Shown here: positions 36,663 to 46,346 of the stretch, in pieces
Layout: each line of letters begins with the position of its first letter
Position numbering within the stretch: the stretch's first letter is position 1
IMG/VR virus record: IMGVR_UViG_3300046028_005224
Location: 27,435-91,434 of that record
DNA from: a virus
Length of the DNA: 64,000 nucleotides
Strand: one strand, 5' to 3'
The notes under the pieces: model-generated
Told to the model about the DNA's origin: nothing
The model's input: only the letters and a program-made list of their open reading frames with translations
The model's database searches: none
Program-made: the position numbers and the translations under genes

Positions 36663-37376
36663 CTATAATGAAAGTTCTTTTACTTGCTTAGATGTTATAT
36701 AGTCTGAAAACTTAGTCAGATATCCATTGTTTCTTAATTCTTTAAACACAAGATTTTCAATTGAAAACTCACCACCTTTTCTAATAGCAGCTTGCCTCAT
36801 CATTCTAAGTTTTTCTTTCAGTCTTTTCATCTCCATTATATCATTAGATTTGCCAGAAATAAACAAATCAATTTTATCCATCAAATCATGAGTTTTCTTT
36901 TTTAAAAGTTTAGTATCTACCCCAGGGTTTTCATACTTTGGTTGGGCTAACCACTTATTATATTTTACAGAATAAACACCTTGATTTGATGGTCGTTCAG
37001 TTCCTTCTTCTTCAGCATAAAGTTCAACATCATGTCCATAAATTTTAATGTCATGTGTCAAAGCCCAAAGTTGTTTTTTATCTCTTAAATAATCATCAAT
37101 AAGATCTGGACAGTCTGGTAGTTTGTTTTTATCAACAACCAAATGTAGATCTATATCAGAATACTCGGTATAATTATAATTTGCATTTCCACCAACAACA
37201 ATCATATCTTTGATTGCACTAGTTGGTATATTTGCAAACTCTGCCCATGCTTGCCCTATTCGGACAAGTTTCATTTTAACTTCAGGTTTTAATTTAGTAT
37301 TATTCCAGATCTTCTGATTAAGTTGATCGTGATATTTAAAAGTTATTTTTTGCTCAAGAAACAACTCTAAGTTCAT
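36663..37376 (-). CDS. Pol-beta-superfamily nucleotidyltransferase
   Basis: VGGNANYNY...SDIDLHLV and DVELY; late promoter ATAAATA at 37392-37386. Confidence 0.7.
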   Translation of the reverse strand: MNLELFLEQKITFKYHDQLNQKIWNNTKLKPEVKMKLVRIGQAWAEFANIPTSAIKDMIVVGGNANYNYTEYSDIDLHLVVDKNKLPDCPDLIDDYLRDKKQLWALTHDIKIYGHDVELYAEEEGTERPSNQGVYSVKYNKWLAQPKYENPGVDTKLLKKKTHDLMDKIDLFISGKSNDIMEMKRLKEKLRMMRQAAIRKGGEFSIENLVFKELRNNGYLTKFSDYITSKQVKELSL

Positions 37377-37456
37377 TTTTATTTTTATTTATGGAAAGGG
37401 GGGAATGGATGATTCTGACCATCCTTCCCCCAAGCGCCGACGATATTCAAATATAT

Positions 37457-37891
37457 TTAGAGATAATCTTTGCGAGCATGATGTTCTGGTATAATTTTTC
37501 TCAATTCAACAACCAATAGTCCGTCTTCAAATTTAACTTCTTTCACTTCGGTATCATCTGCCAACGTCCACGCTCTTTTGAAAGATCGTTGAGCCAATCC
37601 CTTATGGATGTAGTTGGAATCGGATTCTTTATCCTCCTTTTGTCCTTCGATAAAAAGTTTTCCATACTCGGTAAACACACGGATTTCTTCCTTTTTAAAT
37701 CCTGCAAGTGCGAGTTCTAAACGAGACTCAGTATTACTTAGTTGAACAAGATTGTATGGAGGGTAATTTGATGTAGTTTCATGAACTTTAAACAGTCTAT
37801 CAAAATATTCGTCCATTCCAATACTATTGCGAGTAATTCTATCCAACAGGGTAGGAAGATCCGCAGTAGTATACCTTGTGAGATTAGTCAT
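37457..37891 (-). CDS. hsp20: Small heat-shock protein
   Basis: NYPPYN, LALAGF, HKGLAQRSF and FEDGLL motifs. Confidence 0.95.
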   Translation of the reverse strand: MTNLTRYTTADLPTLLDRITRNSIGMDEYFDRLFKVHETTSNYPPYNLVQLSNTESRLELALAGFKKEEIRVFTEYGKLFIEGQKEDKESDSNYIHKGLAQRSFKRAWTLADDTEVKEVKFEDGLLVVELRKIIPEHHARKDYL

Positions 37892-37965
37892 TATGGTAGC
37901 TCCTTTAAAAGCGAGTTTGTGTTTTATGGATCCTTTCGGCATCCAATACTATTTAACCATAATAG

Positions 37966-38001
37966 CAAAAAAAGAGGTGCGGTGTAAACCGTACCTCTTT
38001 T
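37966..38001 (-). terminator. Rho-independent terminator (bidirectional form)
   Basis: AAAAGAGGTACGG-TTTACA-CCGCACCTCTTTTTT. Confidence 0.8.
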
Positions 38002-38049
38002 AGGGTGTTCCGACTTTCGTAGAGACCGCACGAAAGGTCTCATATTTAT

Positions 38050-38667
38050 TTATACTATTGTTTGTTCAGGATGTGTATAAAAATTTCCTCTAGGAAATAC
38101 ATTAAAAGATATAGAATATCTGTCTTCTTCTAATTGATAAGTTGGAACTGAATGAAATACATTAGATGGAAATAACAATAAACACCCAGAATTTTCTTGC
38201 ACAACATTAACTTTTTCTGCAAATGCAGTTCCATAATGTTTATAGTCAAACGCAAAAAATGGAAAAGGTCCTTGAATTTCTCTAGAAAATACTGTGACAT
38301 TATTTGGTGTCACACTAACAACTCCACTCATTACCGAAGTTAAATGTTTGTGAAAATTGTGAAATTGACCTGTCTTAGTTTTTGTTGCCCAAGAACTACT
38401 AATTTCAAATTTACAATCTTGTTCTTTTAATATAAATTTTTTAGCATAAGTATCAATGTGATTTTGTACAAATAATTTTAAATCTGAAAAAACTTCTAGA
38501 TTTAAAATTTGATTGTCTTTAGTCACGTAATTATGTTCTGCCTCAACATAATCTGCTTCCTTTAAAAAATTTAATTGTTCATTATTAAATTTAAATGTTT
38601 CTTCTTCACCATCTACAAAATAAAGTGGTGTTGAAAAAATTGGTATTACATGTTCTTTGTAAGTCAT
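38050..38667 (-). CDS. 2OG-Fe(II) oxygenase (TIGR02466-like)
   Basis: IFSTP, HKH...SGV, LLFPSNVFHSV and RYSISFN motifs. Confidence 0.85.
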   Translation of the reverse strand: MTYKEHVIPIFSTPLYFVDGEEETFKFNNEQLNFLKEADYVEAEHNYVTKDNQILNLEVFSDLKLFVQNHIDTYAKKFILKEQDCKFEISSSWATKTKTGQFHNFHKHLTSVMSGVVSVTPNNVTVFSREIQGPFPFFAFDYKHYGTAFAEKVNVVQENSGCLLLFPSNVFHSVPTYQLEEDRYSISFNVFPRGNFYTHPEQTIV

Positions 38668-39095
38668 TCTTCAACTTTTCTTTTTTTACCAATATTGTAC
38701 TTAGTTTCTAAAGTCCACTCATCCTTTTCTTTATAAGAAAGAACTTTAATTTGATTAAGTGGAGCAATATCCGTAATTTTATCCACATTTACAATCGTAA
38801 TTAAACCCCAATCAGCAAGCAATTGAGCAATACGATTGCGACGTTGAACATCGTTAACTGTAAGATTGGCATGTTTACCGTCCAATGCAAACAATTCTTT
38901 AAAATGTACAATAAAATATTTACCTTGCTTATGAAGAATATGACAAGACTGGTATAGAGTCTTTTCTTTTCTACTAGCTACGCCAATACGAGTAAGCGTC
39001 TCACGAACCTTTAGAAAATCATCAGGCTCATTAAGAATTACCTCGACCATCTGGTCTGGTGTCCAATTTACTTCAGGTTCAGTTACAACACTCAT
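38664..39095 (-). CDS. regA: Translational repressor RegA
   Basis: DDFLKVRETLTRIG and LYQSCHILHKQG motifs. Confidence 0.97.
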   Translation of the reverse strand: MSVVTEPEVNWTPDQMVEVILNEPDDFLKVRETLTRIGVASRKEKTLYQSCHILHKQGKYFIVHFKELFALDGKHANLTVNDVQRRNRIAQLLADWGLITIVNVDKITDIAPLNQIKVLSYKEKDEWTLETKYNIGKKRKVEE

Positions 39096-39478
39096 TTTGA
39101 TCCCCCAACATCAAGTTTTGATTTAATAAAGTCGATTTGTTCTTTTGTAAGAAGGTTCAAAGCCTGTTGTGCCTTTTCATTACTATAGCCATAGTAAGAT
39201 TTGACGCATTCAAGATCTTTGATTTTATCCTTTCGGAGCCAAGGAGAATATCTTTTCCTTTTCCTCACAATATTTATATAAAAGTCATATTGAAGCTTTT
39301 TATCTAAGCCATGATTCATATTCATGGCATTAGCAAACATTACACAATCAATATGACCAGCCATACATTTGTTTATAATGAATGGAGGATAATCTTTTTT
39401 TAAAGAAGGATCTTCATCGATAAGATTATTTTTTGTCTGATTAATAGAATTTAACCAATCTTTTAATTCTGTCTTCAT
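39092..39478 (-). CDS. gp62: Clamp loader small subunit
   Basis: Synteny; YYGYSNEKA motif. Confidence 0.93.
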   Translation of the reverse strand: MKTELKDWLNSINQTKNNLIDEDPSLKKDYPPFIINKCMAGHIDCVMFANAMNMNHGLDKKLQYDFYINIVRKRKRYSPWLRKDKIKDLECVKSYYGYSNEKAQQALNLLTKEQIDFIKSKLDVGGSK

Positions 39479-40419
39479 TTAAAATTACACTCTACCATTA
39501 ACTCAGTCAATGCGGCTAATAAGTTAATTTCTTGATCAGCCACGAACGCACATTGGTATTGATACTTAGCAATAACAAGCACGGCAGCAGGGATAGAGGC
39601 GGGCACAAGGCAGTTATAACAGGAGTCATAAATCCCGCGAAGTAGATTAGAAGGATCGTTGTCCAGGTTGGAGACCACCCACTTTCTAACTTCAGTAAAG
39701 TTTTTATCTTTGAGATATTGAATAAGTTCATCAGTATTTGTTTCAGAAAATGATACTAAAATTCCAGAATCAATTTCTCCACCAACAGAGTAACGTTGAC
39801 ATTCATTAAGAACACGTCTCCAATCAGGGTAATGTTTCTTAATTAGTTTGGCAAGGACTTTAGGATCGTATCGTACACTTTCTTCATCCAAGATGTTCTG
39901 TAAACGCTTGAAGAAGGATCCTGCCAACTGGGCTTTTTCTTGTCCTCGGATTCCAAACTCCACAACGGCGCAACGGGAATGGAGGGGTTCAATGATTTTG
40001 TTTTTATAGTTACAGGTAAAGATGAAGCGGCAATTGTTAGCAAATTCCTCAATAGAAGCCCGTAAGAGGAGTTGTACATCTGCGGTTGTATTGTCTGCCT
40101 CATCAATAATGATGACTTTGTGTTTAGCAGTTGACGAAAGCGAAAGGGTCGAAGCGAAGTTTTTCGCATTGTTTCGGACAGTATCGAGGAATCTACCTTC
40201 GTCGGATCCGTTAATGACATAATAGTCTACTCCCAATTCATGACACAATGCCTTTGCCACTGTGGTTTTGCCAACGCCAGCAGAACCAGCAAGAAGCAAG
40301 TTTGGTATTTCGCCCTTATTTAGAAAGTCTTTAAAAGTTTTTTTAATATTCTCTGGGAGAATACATTCTTCAATAGTTTTAGGTCGATACTTTTCGACCC
40401 AAAGGAAATCATTATGCAT
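39475..40419 (-). CDS. gp44: Clamp loader large subunit
   Basis: WVEKYRP, GVGKTT, DEAD and SRC motifs. Confidence 0.97.
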   Translation of the reverse strand: MHNDFLWVEKYRPKTIEECILPENIKKTFKDFLNKGEIPNLLLAGSAGVGKTTVAKALCHELGVDYYVINGSDEGRFLDTVRNNAKNFASTLSLSSTAKHKVIIIDEADNTTADVQLLLRASIEEFANNCRFIFTCNYKNKIIEPLHSRCAVVEFGIRGQEKAQLAGSFFKRLQNILDEESVRYDPKVLAKLIKKHYPDWRRVLNECQRYSVGGEIDSGILVSFSETNTDELIQYLKDKNFTEVRKWVVSNLDNDPSNLLRGIYDSCYNCLVPASIPAAVLVIAKYQYQCAFVADQEINLLAALTELMVECNFK

Positions 40420-40427
40420 AATTAATT

Positions 40428-40538
40428 TTAATCAAATTTTTTCAAATAAGAACTTGGAATAACCTCCCACCATTCTTTCCCATCAAAAATATACAACTTG
40501 TGTGTATTTTTGTCCAGGAAAAAGTCACCTTCAAACAT
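40428..40538 (-). CDS. Small hypothetical protein
   Basis: MFEGDFFLDKNTHKLYIFDGKEW..., fills the gp45-gp44 gap. Confidence 0.55.
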   Translation of the reverse strand: MFEGDFFLDKNTHKLYIFDGKEWWEVIPSSYLKKFD

Positions 40539-40539
40539 T

Positions 40540-41223
40540 TTAACCAAAGGTGGAATCAGGCTCAAGTGCAATGTAGTATACCACATCCATGGCAGTATTG
40601 ACAAATCGTGCCATCTTAGGAGCAGACACAACTACCTCATATTTGCCAGGAAGAATTTTCATGTTCTCAACCTTAAAGTTAAATACAAAGGTCGATTCAG
40701 TTTCACCAACGTTAATTGAAAATTCATTAGAAGTAGAATTTTCTTTGTCTCTAACAAGAAGACTTACAGTGCTCCCATCTCCAATAGCAGAGATATCTTC
40801 AAGACCGTACACAGAGGCGGCTTTAATTAGTTTATCGAGTTGATCAGAAGAAAGATTGAAGCATACATCTTCACTAGGAAGAGCAATGGATTTTTCAGGA
40901 GGACTTACAATAACAGAAGGATCTGCAAAATAATACTTGGTAGTATTGCCACCACCTTTAATGAGAAGATGACTATCACTATTGAACACGAGTTCTGGGT
41001 CTGGGTGAAGAGTGATGCCACTCAGAAATTGATTAAGATCATAAATACCAAAATCTTTAGGAATCTCTTCACTAATCACAGCTTCTGCAAAAATATTTTT
41101 CATTACAGAAATTGTACGAATCTTGTTACCACTTTTAAACAGAAGAGACTGATTGATGCTGGCAAAGTTCTTTAGAAGTGAAGCTGTTTTGTCGGAAATT
41201 TTCATGGGTTCTCTAAGTTTCAT
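40540..41223 (-). CDS. gp45: Sliding clamp
   Basis: LKNFASINQS, FGIYDLNQFL and YYIALE motifs. Confidence 0.95.
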   Translation of the reverse strand: MKLREPMKISDKTASLLKNFASINQSLLFKSGNKIRTISVMKNIFAEAVISEEIPKDFGIYDLNQFLSGITLHPDPELVFNSDSHLLIKGGGNTTKYYFADPSVIVSPPEKSIALPSEDVCFNLSSDQLDKLIKAASVYGLEDISAIGDGSTVSLLVRDKENSTSNEFSINVGETESTFVFNFKVENMKILPGKYEVVVSAPKMARFVNTAMDVVYYIALEPDSTFG

Positions 41224-41225
41224 AA

Positions 41226-41624
41226 TCAACGGAATTCAGTCAAGCCATTATCTTTGCGAGAATAATGTCCATCAAAGTGGAGTAGAAGCATAGCATAGTG
41301 AATCACTTTGAGCAAATCACGCTTATTGCGTCCATCTTTATCACCATAGCGGCTACCATACTTCAAAATGTTTGCCTGACAAAAATGTTGTGCCAGGTCT
41401 TTTGCTGCCATCAAGTCAATTGTTTGAATGTCCTTGTAAGCATCATTGTGTCCACAATAGTGACTGTTATAAGTCCCAGTCACATAATCCTCAATATCTT
41501 TGAGGATTTTGTCTTCATTATATTTCCAAAGATTGTTTTTGGTTTCAGTCATAATAATTTTCTCAAGATTTAGTGTTCCATCTCCACCATCGGAGAGAGT
41601 GAATTGAAAAGGATATTCGTCCAT
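41226..41624 (-). CDS. DUF3310 / T7 gp1.7-like putative nucleotide kinase
   Basis: HY...IQTID, FCQANILKYGSRYG.K and DLLKVIHY motifs. Confidence 0.7.
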   Translation of the reverse strand: MDEYPFQFTLSDGGDGTLNLEKIIMTETKNNLWKYNEDKILKDIEDYVTGTYNSHYCGHNDAYKDIQTIDLMAAKDLAQHFCQANILKYGSRYGDKDGRNKRDLLKVIHYAMLLLHFDGHYSRKDNGLTEFR

Positions 41625-41664
41625 AATAAAAATAGAGAGGCATAATTTACCTCCCCCAATTATA

Positions 41665-42777
41665 TCAGAATACTTCCACCGAGTCAACTTGTTCGGTAGG
41701 CATTTGGAAATCGGCATCTACCTTATCGTACAGTTCCAGGAAGGACTGTTTAGTGGACTCATCAAAGCGATTCACGCACACTTCAATAGCTTTGCCACGA
41801 TTACCAAAGATGCTGTAGGCACGAATGATGTGAACCAAACGACGGGTGCTGATGATTTCTTCAACGCCACCATCGTAAAAAGTTTTACGGATGTTGTCAG
41901 CCCAATCCACCAACAGTTTGCAGAAGTCACGGTCTTCCACACCAAGATCCAAAGCAATGCCTTCCAGAATTTTCTGTTCAATCTTGGGAGCAGGATATTC
42001 CTGTTCAAAAGTTACAGGGAAACGCTCAAGGAATGCTTCGTTGAGAACATTAGTGCCAATAAAACGACCATCATCAGAACCCTTACCTTTGGTGTTGGCA
42101 GTGGCAATCACATTAAAACCAGCAGCAGGTTTCACGAAACGACCAATCTTCTTAAGGAAAACACCCTTTCCTTCTAGCACGGATTGGAGGCAGAGAATTT
42201 TGTTTGAGGCAAGGTCAATCTCGTCGAGGAGCAGGATCGCTCCACGCTCCAATGCTTCGATGACGGGGCCATTATGCCATACAGTAGCACCATCCAGAAG
42301 GCGAAACCCACCAATAAGATCGTCTTCATCAGTCTCAATAGTAATGTTTACACGAATCAGTTCTCGACCAAGTTGAGCACATGCTTGCTCCACCGAGAAC
42401 GTTTTACCGTTACCCGAAAGACCCGTAATGAACGCAGGGTAAAAGATACGGGACTGAATAATTTTTTTAATATCGTTAAAGTTACCAAACTTGACGAAGG
42501 TATCATCTTTGTCAGGGATAAGATTTTGTTCTACAGCAGGCAGAGCAGCAGGTGCTTGATATGCCTGTTCCATTTTGCCGATAACGCTAGGGGTCACTTC
42601 CAGATTCCAACGACCACGTTCGGTCTTGTACTGCTCCAAACGACGAGTTACGGTTGGATACGAAAGATTTTCCATGGCACAATAAGCCTTCACATCTGCA
42701 GCAGTAATCTCCGTACCATACAGAGACTTAAGTTTTTCAATCATCTGTGAGTCAGTCATAATAAGTTTGCGAGGCAT
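41665..42777 (-). CDS. cobS: MoxR-type AAA+ ATPase (CobS-like)
   Basis: GLSGNGKT, LLDEID, ATANTKG, AFLERF and ISTR motifs. Confidence 0.9.
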   Translation of the reverse strand: MPRKLIMTDSQMIEKLKSLYGTEITAADVKAYCAMENLSYPTVTRRLEQYKTERGRWNLEVTPSVIGKMEQAYQAPAALPAVEQNLIPDKDDTFVKFGNFNDIKKIIQSRIFYPAFITGLSGNGKTFSVEQACAQLGRELIRVNITIETDEDDLIGGFRLLDGATVWHNGPVIEALERGAILLLDEIDLASNKILCLQSVLEGKGVFLKKIGRFVKPAAGFNVIATANTKGKGSDDGRFIGTNVLNEAFLERFPVTFEQEYPAPKIEQKILEGIALDLGVEDRDFCKLLVDWADNIRKTFYDGGVEEIISTRRLVHIIRAYSIFGNRGKAIEVCVNRFDESTKQSFLELYDKVDADFQMPTEQVDSVEVF

Positions 42778-42862
42778 TTAAAGTGTTGTGGTCAACGGAA
42801 TGAATATAGTCGAAAAAAAGGGGGCTGTAAAGCCCCCAGTAGACAGTCTTAAAAGTGTCCAC

Positions 42863-44131
42863 TCAACGCATAGATGGGTTTCTTTCAGCAGCACTCATTG
42901 ATCCATGATCTCTAGGATCATCATCATCTTCTCTGTCTCTCATTTGCTTTTGTCTTTGCTTTTTCATTTTTAAATTTTTCTGAGTCTCCAAATCAGCATC
43001 AGATTTCAATTGTGCTCTTGCAGTTGAAGAACTACCTTTCCCCTTTGCTTGCAATTTGTAAAATAATTTAGTCACAGCAGCCTCATCTAAACAAGCCATC
43101 ATATTTAAAGCTTCTGCATTGGTATTCACAAAACCTTCAGAAACTAAGTACTCTAGAATAGCATCAAAATAATCAGCACGATCCTCCTTCATTTTTGTGG
43201 TGTACTTTTTACCTTGAAATTCAAACTCAGACTTACCAGCCTTTCTAGCACCTGCAAAAGCAGTGTCAAATGCTTGGGCAACGGTTCCAACTTTTTTAGG
43301 TCCAACAATCTTAGGGCCAACTGCTAGACGATTTCTAATTTTACCATCCGAATCCATTGTGTTGTACTTGTTGATGCTGGATTCGGGCTTTGACTTTTTT
43401 TCAGCATCCTTAACAGCAGGAGCAGCAGCACTAGCAGCTACACCAGCAGCTGCGGCTCCAGCCATAGCTCTTCTAGCTACATTTAAAGCATCAGCTCCGC
43501 CAGTCATTCTAGATGCTTTTGGTTTTACGCCAGAGCCAGGAGCAGCCTGAGCAGCAAGTCTTTGGGTTCTAGCATCACCACCAGGGCCTGTAGCTCTGAA
43601 CGGCATTCCAGCGTCTGTAGGAGTGCGTCTAGGAGCTGTTGGTGTAGAGGCTACTGGGGATCTTCCTGCAGGCAATGCGGGTCTAGAAATAGCAGTATCA
43701 ATTTTCTTTTTGAACTGCATTGTTGCATATTTACCAGGAAGTTCAGTGGTAGCTGCTGGTCTTGCAGATCTTGCACTTCTAATTGATGATGAAGCTGCAG
43801 CTCCTCTTACAATAGATTCTGGTTTTCTGCCAAGTGCCGTTCCAGCGGCAAGACCAGCTTTTGATCTACCTGCAGAACTTAAAGCATTAATGACACCTCT
43901 AACTGCCATCGAACCTACACCTTCAGTTAGATATTCTGAAATATCTACATCAAGTGCTTCTGATAATTCAAATAAGAAATCTTGAACAAGATTTGTTGAG
44001 AGTAGATCTTCAGCAAAAGTTTTTGCCTCTTCAAGATCTTCAATGCAATATTGAAGTAACAAACTGGTTAAATCTTCGGAAAGATTATACTCAGTATTAT
44101 ATACTTCGTTATAAGCTTCTAGTAAGTTCAT
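42863..44131 (-). CDS. Low-complexity late protein, probable internal head protein
   Basis: TATAAATA promoter; MNLLEAYNEVY start; Ala/Arg-rich middle. Confidence 0.7.
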   Translation of the reverse strand: MNLLEAYNEVYNTEYNLSEDLTSLLLQYCIEDLEEAKTFAEDLLSTNLVQDFLFELSEALDVDISEYLTEGVGSMAVRGVINALSSAGRSKAGLAAGTALGRKPESIVRGAAASSSIRSARSARPAATTELPGKYATMQFKKKIDTAISRPALPAGRSPVASTPTAPRRTPTDAGMPFRATGPGGDARTQRLAAQAAPGSGVKPKASRMTGGADALNVARRAMAGAAAAGVAASAAAPAVKDAEKKSKPESSINKYNTMDSDGKIRNRLAVGPKIVGPKKVGTVAQAFDTAFAGARKAGKSEFEFQGKKYTTKMKEDRADYFDAILEYLVSEGFVNTNAEALNMMACLDEAAVTKLFYKLQAKGKGSSSTARAQLKSDADLETQKNLKMKKQRQKQMRDREDDDDPRDHGSMSAAERNPSMR

Positions 44132-44183
44132 CCCGCTATAAAACGCTTTTTTTTATTTATAAAAAAAGAGGGGGACTAGCCCC

Positions 44184-46346
44184 TCAAGCAATAAGTTGAA
44201 CAAACTCGTTAAGAACTTTCTTATTCAGTTTTTTAGAACTCATATATTTTTTGAAAGCATTGCGAATTTCAACTTTCGATGCATTGTCACTAACTTTAAA
44301 TTCAACATCATTAGATAGAGAATTAGAAGAAATTCCAAAATAAACGTGGTAACCTTTAGTACGAATAGAGAAGGTTTTTTGCTTTTTCCAATCTGCTTGA
44401 AGTTTATCAAATTCAGATTGGTTGTGGCGGTGATAGCGTCGCATGAATGATTGCGCTTCACCAGAAGCAAGAAGACGCATACCGATAAAACTCACATCTG
44501 GATAATGATTGCGAAGATAGCGAATAAGCATATCCGTAAACTGAGTGTAAGTATCAAGTTCTTCATCTCCAGCATAAACATTACCAGTTTTACGATCACG
44601 AAGGAAACACTTGTTGGGATGGAATTGACGAATCCCCATATAGGGTTCTTCTTTGCGAGTAACAGAAACACAGTAGTTCAAAGGACAAGCTTCTCCATCA
44701 GTGAGAATAAGTGTGTGAACTTTTTGAACTTTATTTTGTTTTTGAAACTCAGGAATAATTTGATTAAGAGCAATCAAAGATTCGTTTAAAGGAGTTCCAG
44801 AAAGACACAAACGACTAGGAACAGCATAAGTATTATTCCAATAACGATTACCAAGCTGTCGAACAACACGAAAGATAGCAAGCATTTGAGTATCCAGTTC
44901 CAAATTTTTAGTCTTGCTAGTAAACAAATTCATCAAGGCAAAATCTGGTTGAATAAAAAGATTACCTTCTTTCTTTTCATGATGTGGTTTGGGAACTACA
45001 GGACGAGAAAACTCATCATAAGTTACACAACGCCATTCGTTTGTGAAGGCATAAACCTCAAAAGGAATAGAAACTTTTTTACAGAACCAAATCAAATTGT
45101 AAAGTTGCTTGATTGTATCTTCAAGAACTTTGTCCATCGAACCAGACCAATCGAGAATAAAGATCAGTCCATGACTTTTGCCATCAGCAAGCGTAGTAAC
45201 TTTTTTGAAAAGATCTTCATTAAATTTGTAGGTGTGAAGCTTGGTACAATCAAGAACACCAGTGCGAGCAGTAGAAGCACGAGCATAAGAATCTGCTGCC
45301 TTGCGACACTCAAACTCTTTGACCAGATAGTTAACTTCTTTCTGTGCAGACTTTTTAAATTCTACATAATCCCGATCAACAAACTTAAATGCGTCTTGGA
45401 ATTTAGTATATCCGTTTTCAATAAATTGTTCTTCTTGCTTTTTCCAATGTTTCTGAAGTACATCATGAACATCTTGATTTGGTGCAATGATAGTTTTAAG
45501 ATCAAGAGTAGGAAGTTCGGTATAAACATTTTCATCTGCCCAAGTGCTGTTGTTGGTGAGTTCTTCAATAGCCTCACGAAGACGTTGATCAGTTTTGATT
45601 TCTGGTGCATTATGCTCACCACCAACGTCACTGGCTTGAGTTTCTTTTACTTTATCAGAAGATTCTGAATCTTTGATTTCGCTTTTGTTTTCAGACTCAC
45701 CCTTTTCTTCGGATTCAACAAGTTCAATCTGCTGCTGCTGATCACCAGCTTCTTCACCCTTCTCAGTCAAAGAAATAGAAGTTTCAATATCCTCTTCATT
45801 TTCCATTTGGAAAAGCTTGTACATTTCTTCTGCTGCAACAAGAACATCAGCAAAAGTTTCACAGGTCTCAATAAGATTAAGCAAGTTTTTTTCACGTTCG
45901 ATAAAATTTACATCAATAAAATTACCCACTTTGAAGTGAAGGTTTACACGGTCAGGCAAACTATAAGTATTATGATCTTCTTCCCCAATACCAAAAAAAT
46001 CCTCAGACTGAAGTTCTTTGTAACCATTAAACATAGTCTTAGAAAGACCACCATAACGGCGCTTCATCAGTTTCTCGATGCGAGCATCTTCCACAATGTT
46101 CACATACGAAGGAGGAATCTTGGCAACCTTTGTCCAATCTTCATCTGGAGTGTACAAAGCGTGTCCAACCTCATGCGCCACCAGCATGTCGTATACGGCG
46201 TTAGAAGCCCGTTCCCAGAGCGGTAAGGTCAAAACACGAGTATGGACGTTAAAACACGCTGTAGAGACCTTCTTGTGCTCTACAATGAGGTCTTCAGTAG
46301 CGAGCAGACGAGCAAGCTGACCTTTGATTTCGTAGTTGACAGCCAT
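44184..46346 (-). CDS. Metallopeptidase-like plus vWA domain protein (CobT-like partner)
   Basis: HEVGHAL and NIVEDARIE; MIDAS DWSGS, GTPL and LTDG. Confidence 0.88.
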   Translation of the reverse strand: MAVNYEIKGQLARLLATEDLIVEHKKVSTACFNVHTRVLTLPLWERASNAVYDMLVAHEVGHALYTPDEDWTKVAKIPPSYVNIVEDARIEKLMKRRYGGLSKTMFNGYKELQSEDFFGIGEEDHNTYSLPDRVNLHFKVGNFIDVNFIEREKNLLNLIETCETFADVLVAAEEMYKLFQMENEEDIETSISLTEKGEEAGDQQQQIELVESEEKGESENKSEIKDSESSDKVKETQASDVGGEHNAPEIKTDQRLREAIEELTNNSTWADENVYTELPTLDLKTIIAPNQDVHDVLQKHWKKQEEQFIENGYTKFQDAFKFVDRDYVEFKKSAQKEVNYLVKEFECRKAADSYARASTARTGVLDCTKLHTYKFNEDLFKKVTTLADGKSHGLIFILDWSGSMDKVLEDTIKQLYNLIWFCKKVSIPFEVYAFTNEWRCVTYDEFSRPVVPKPHHEKKEGNLFIQPDFALMNLFTSKTKNLELDTQMLAIFRVVRQLGNRYWNNTYAVPSRLCLSGTPLNESLIALNQIIPEFQKQNKVQKVHTLILTDGEACPLNYCVSVTRKEEPYMGIRQFHPNKCFLRDRKTGNVYAGDEELDTYTQFTDMLIRYLRNHYPDVSFIGMRLLASGEAQSFMRRYHRHNQSEFDKLQADWKKQKTFSIRTKGYHVYFGISSNSLSNDVEFKVSDNASKVEIRNAFKKYMSSKKLNKKVLNEFVQLIA

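Noticed and set aside
44886-45668. 260-aa plus-strand ORF and other long antisense ORFs (3581, 15688, 16330, 22705, 41689, 41891, 53440)
   Set aside because: Shadows of well-supported minus-strand genes with no motifs or start signals
41665-46346. Cobalamin biosynthesis implied by the cobS/cobT-like names
   Set aside because: No cobN or other cob genes in the window; a generic MoxR AAA-vWA chaperone pair is more parsimonious
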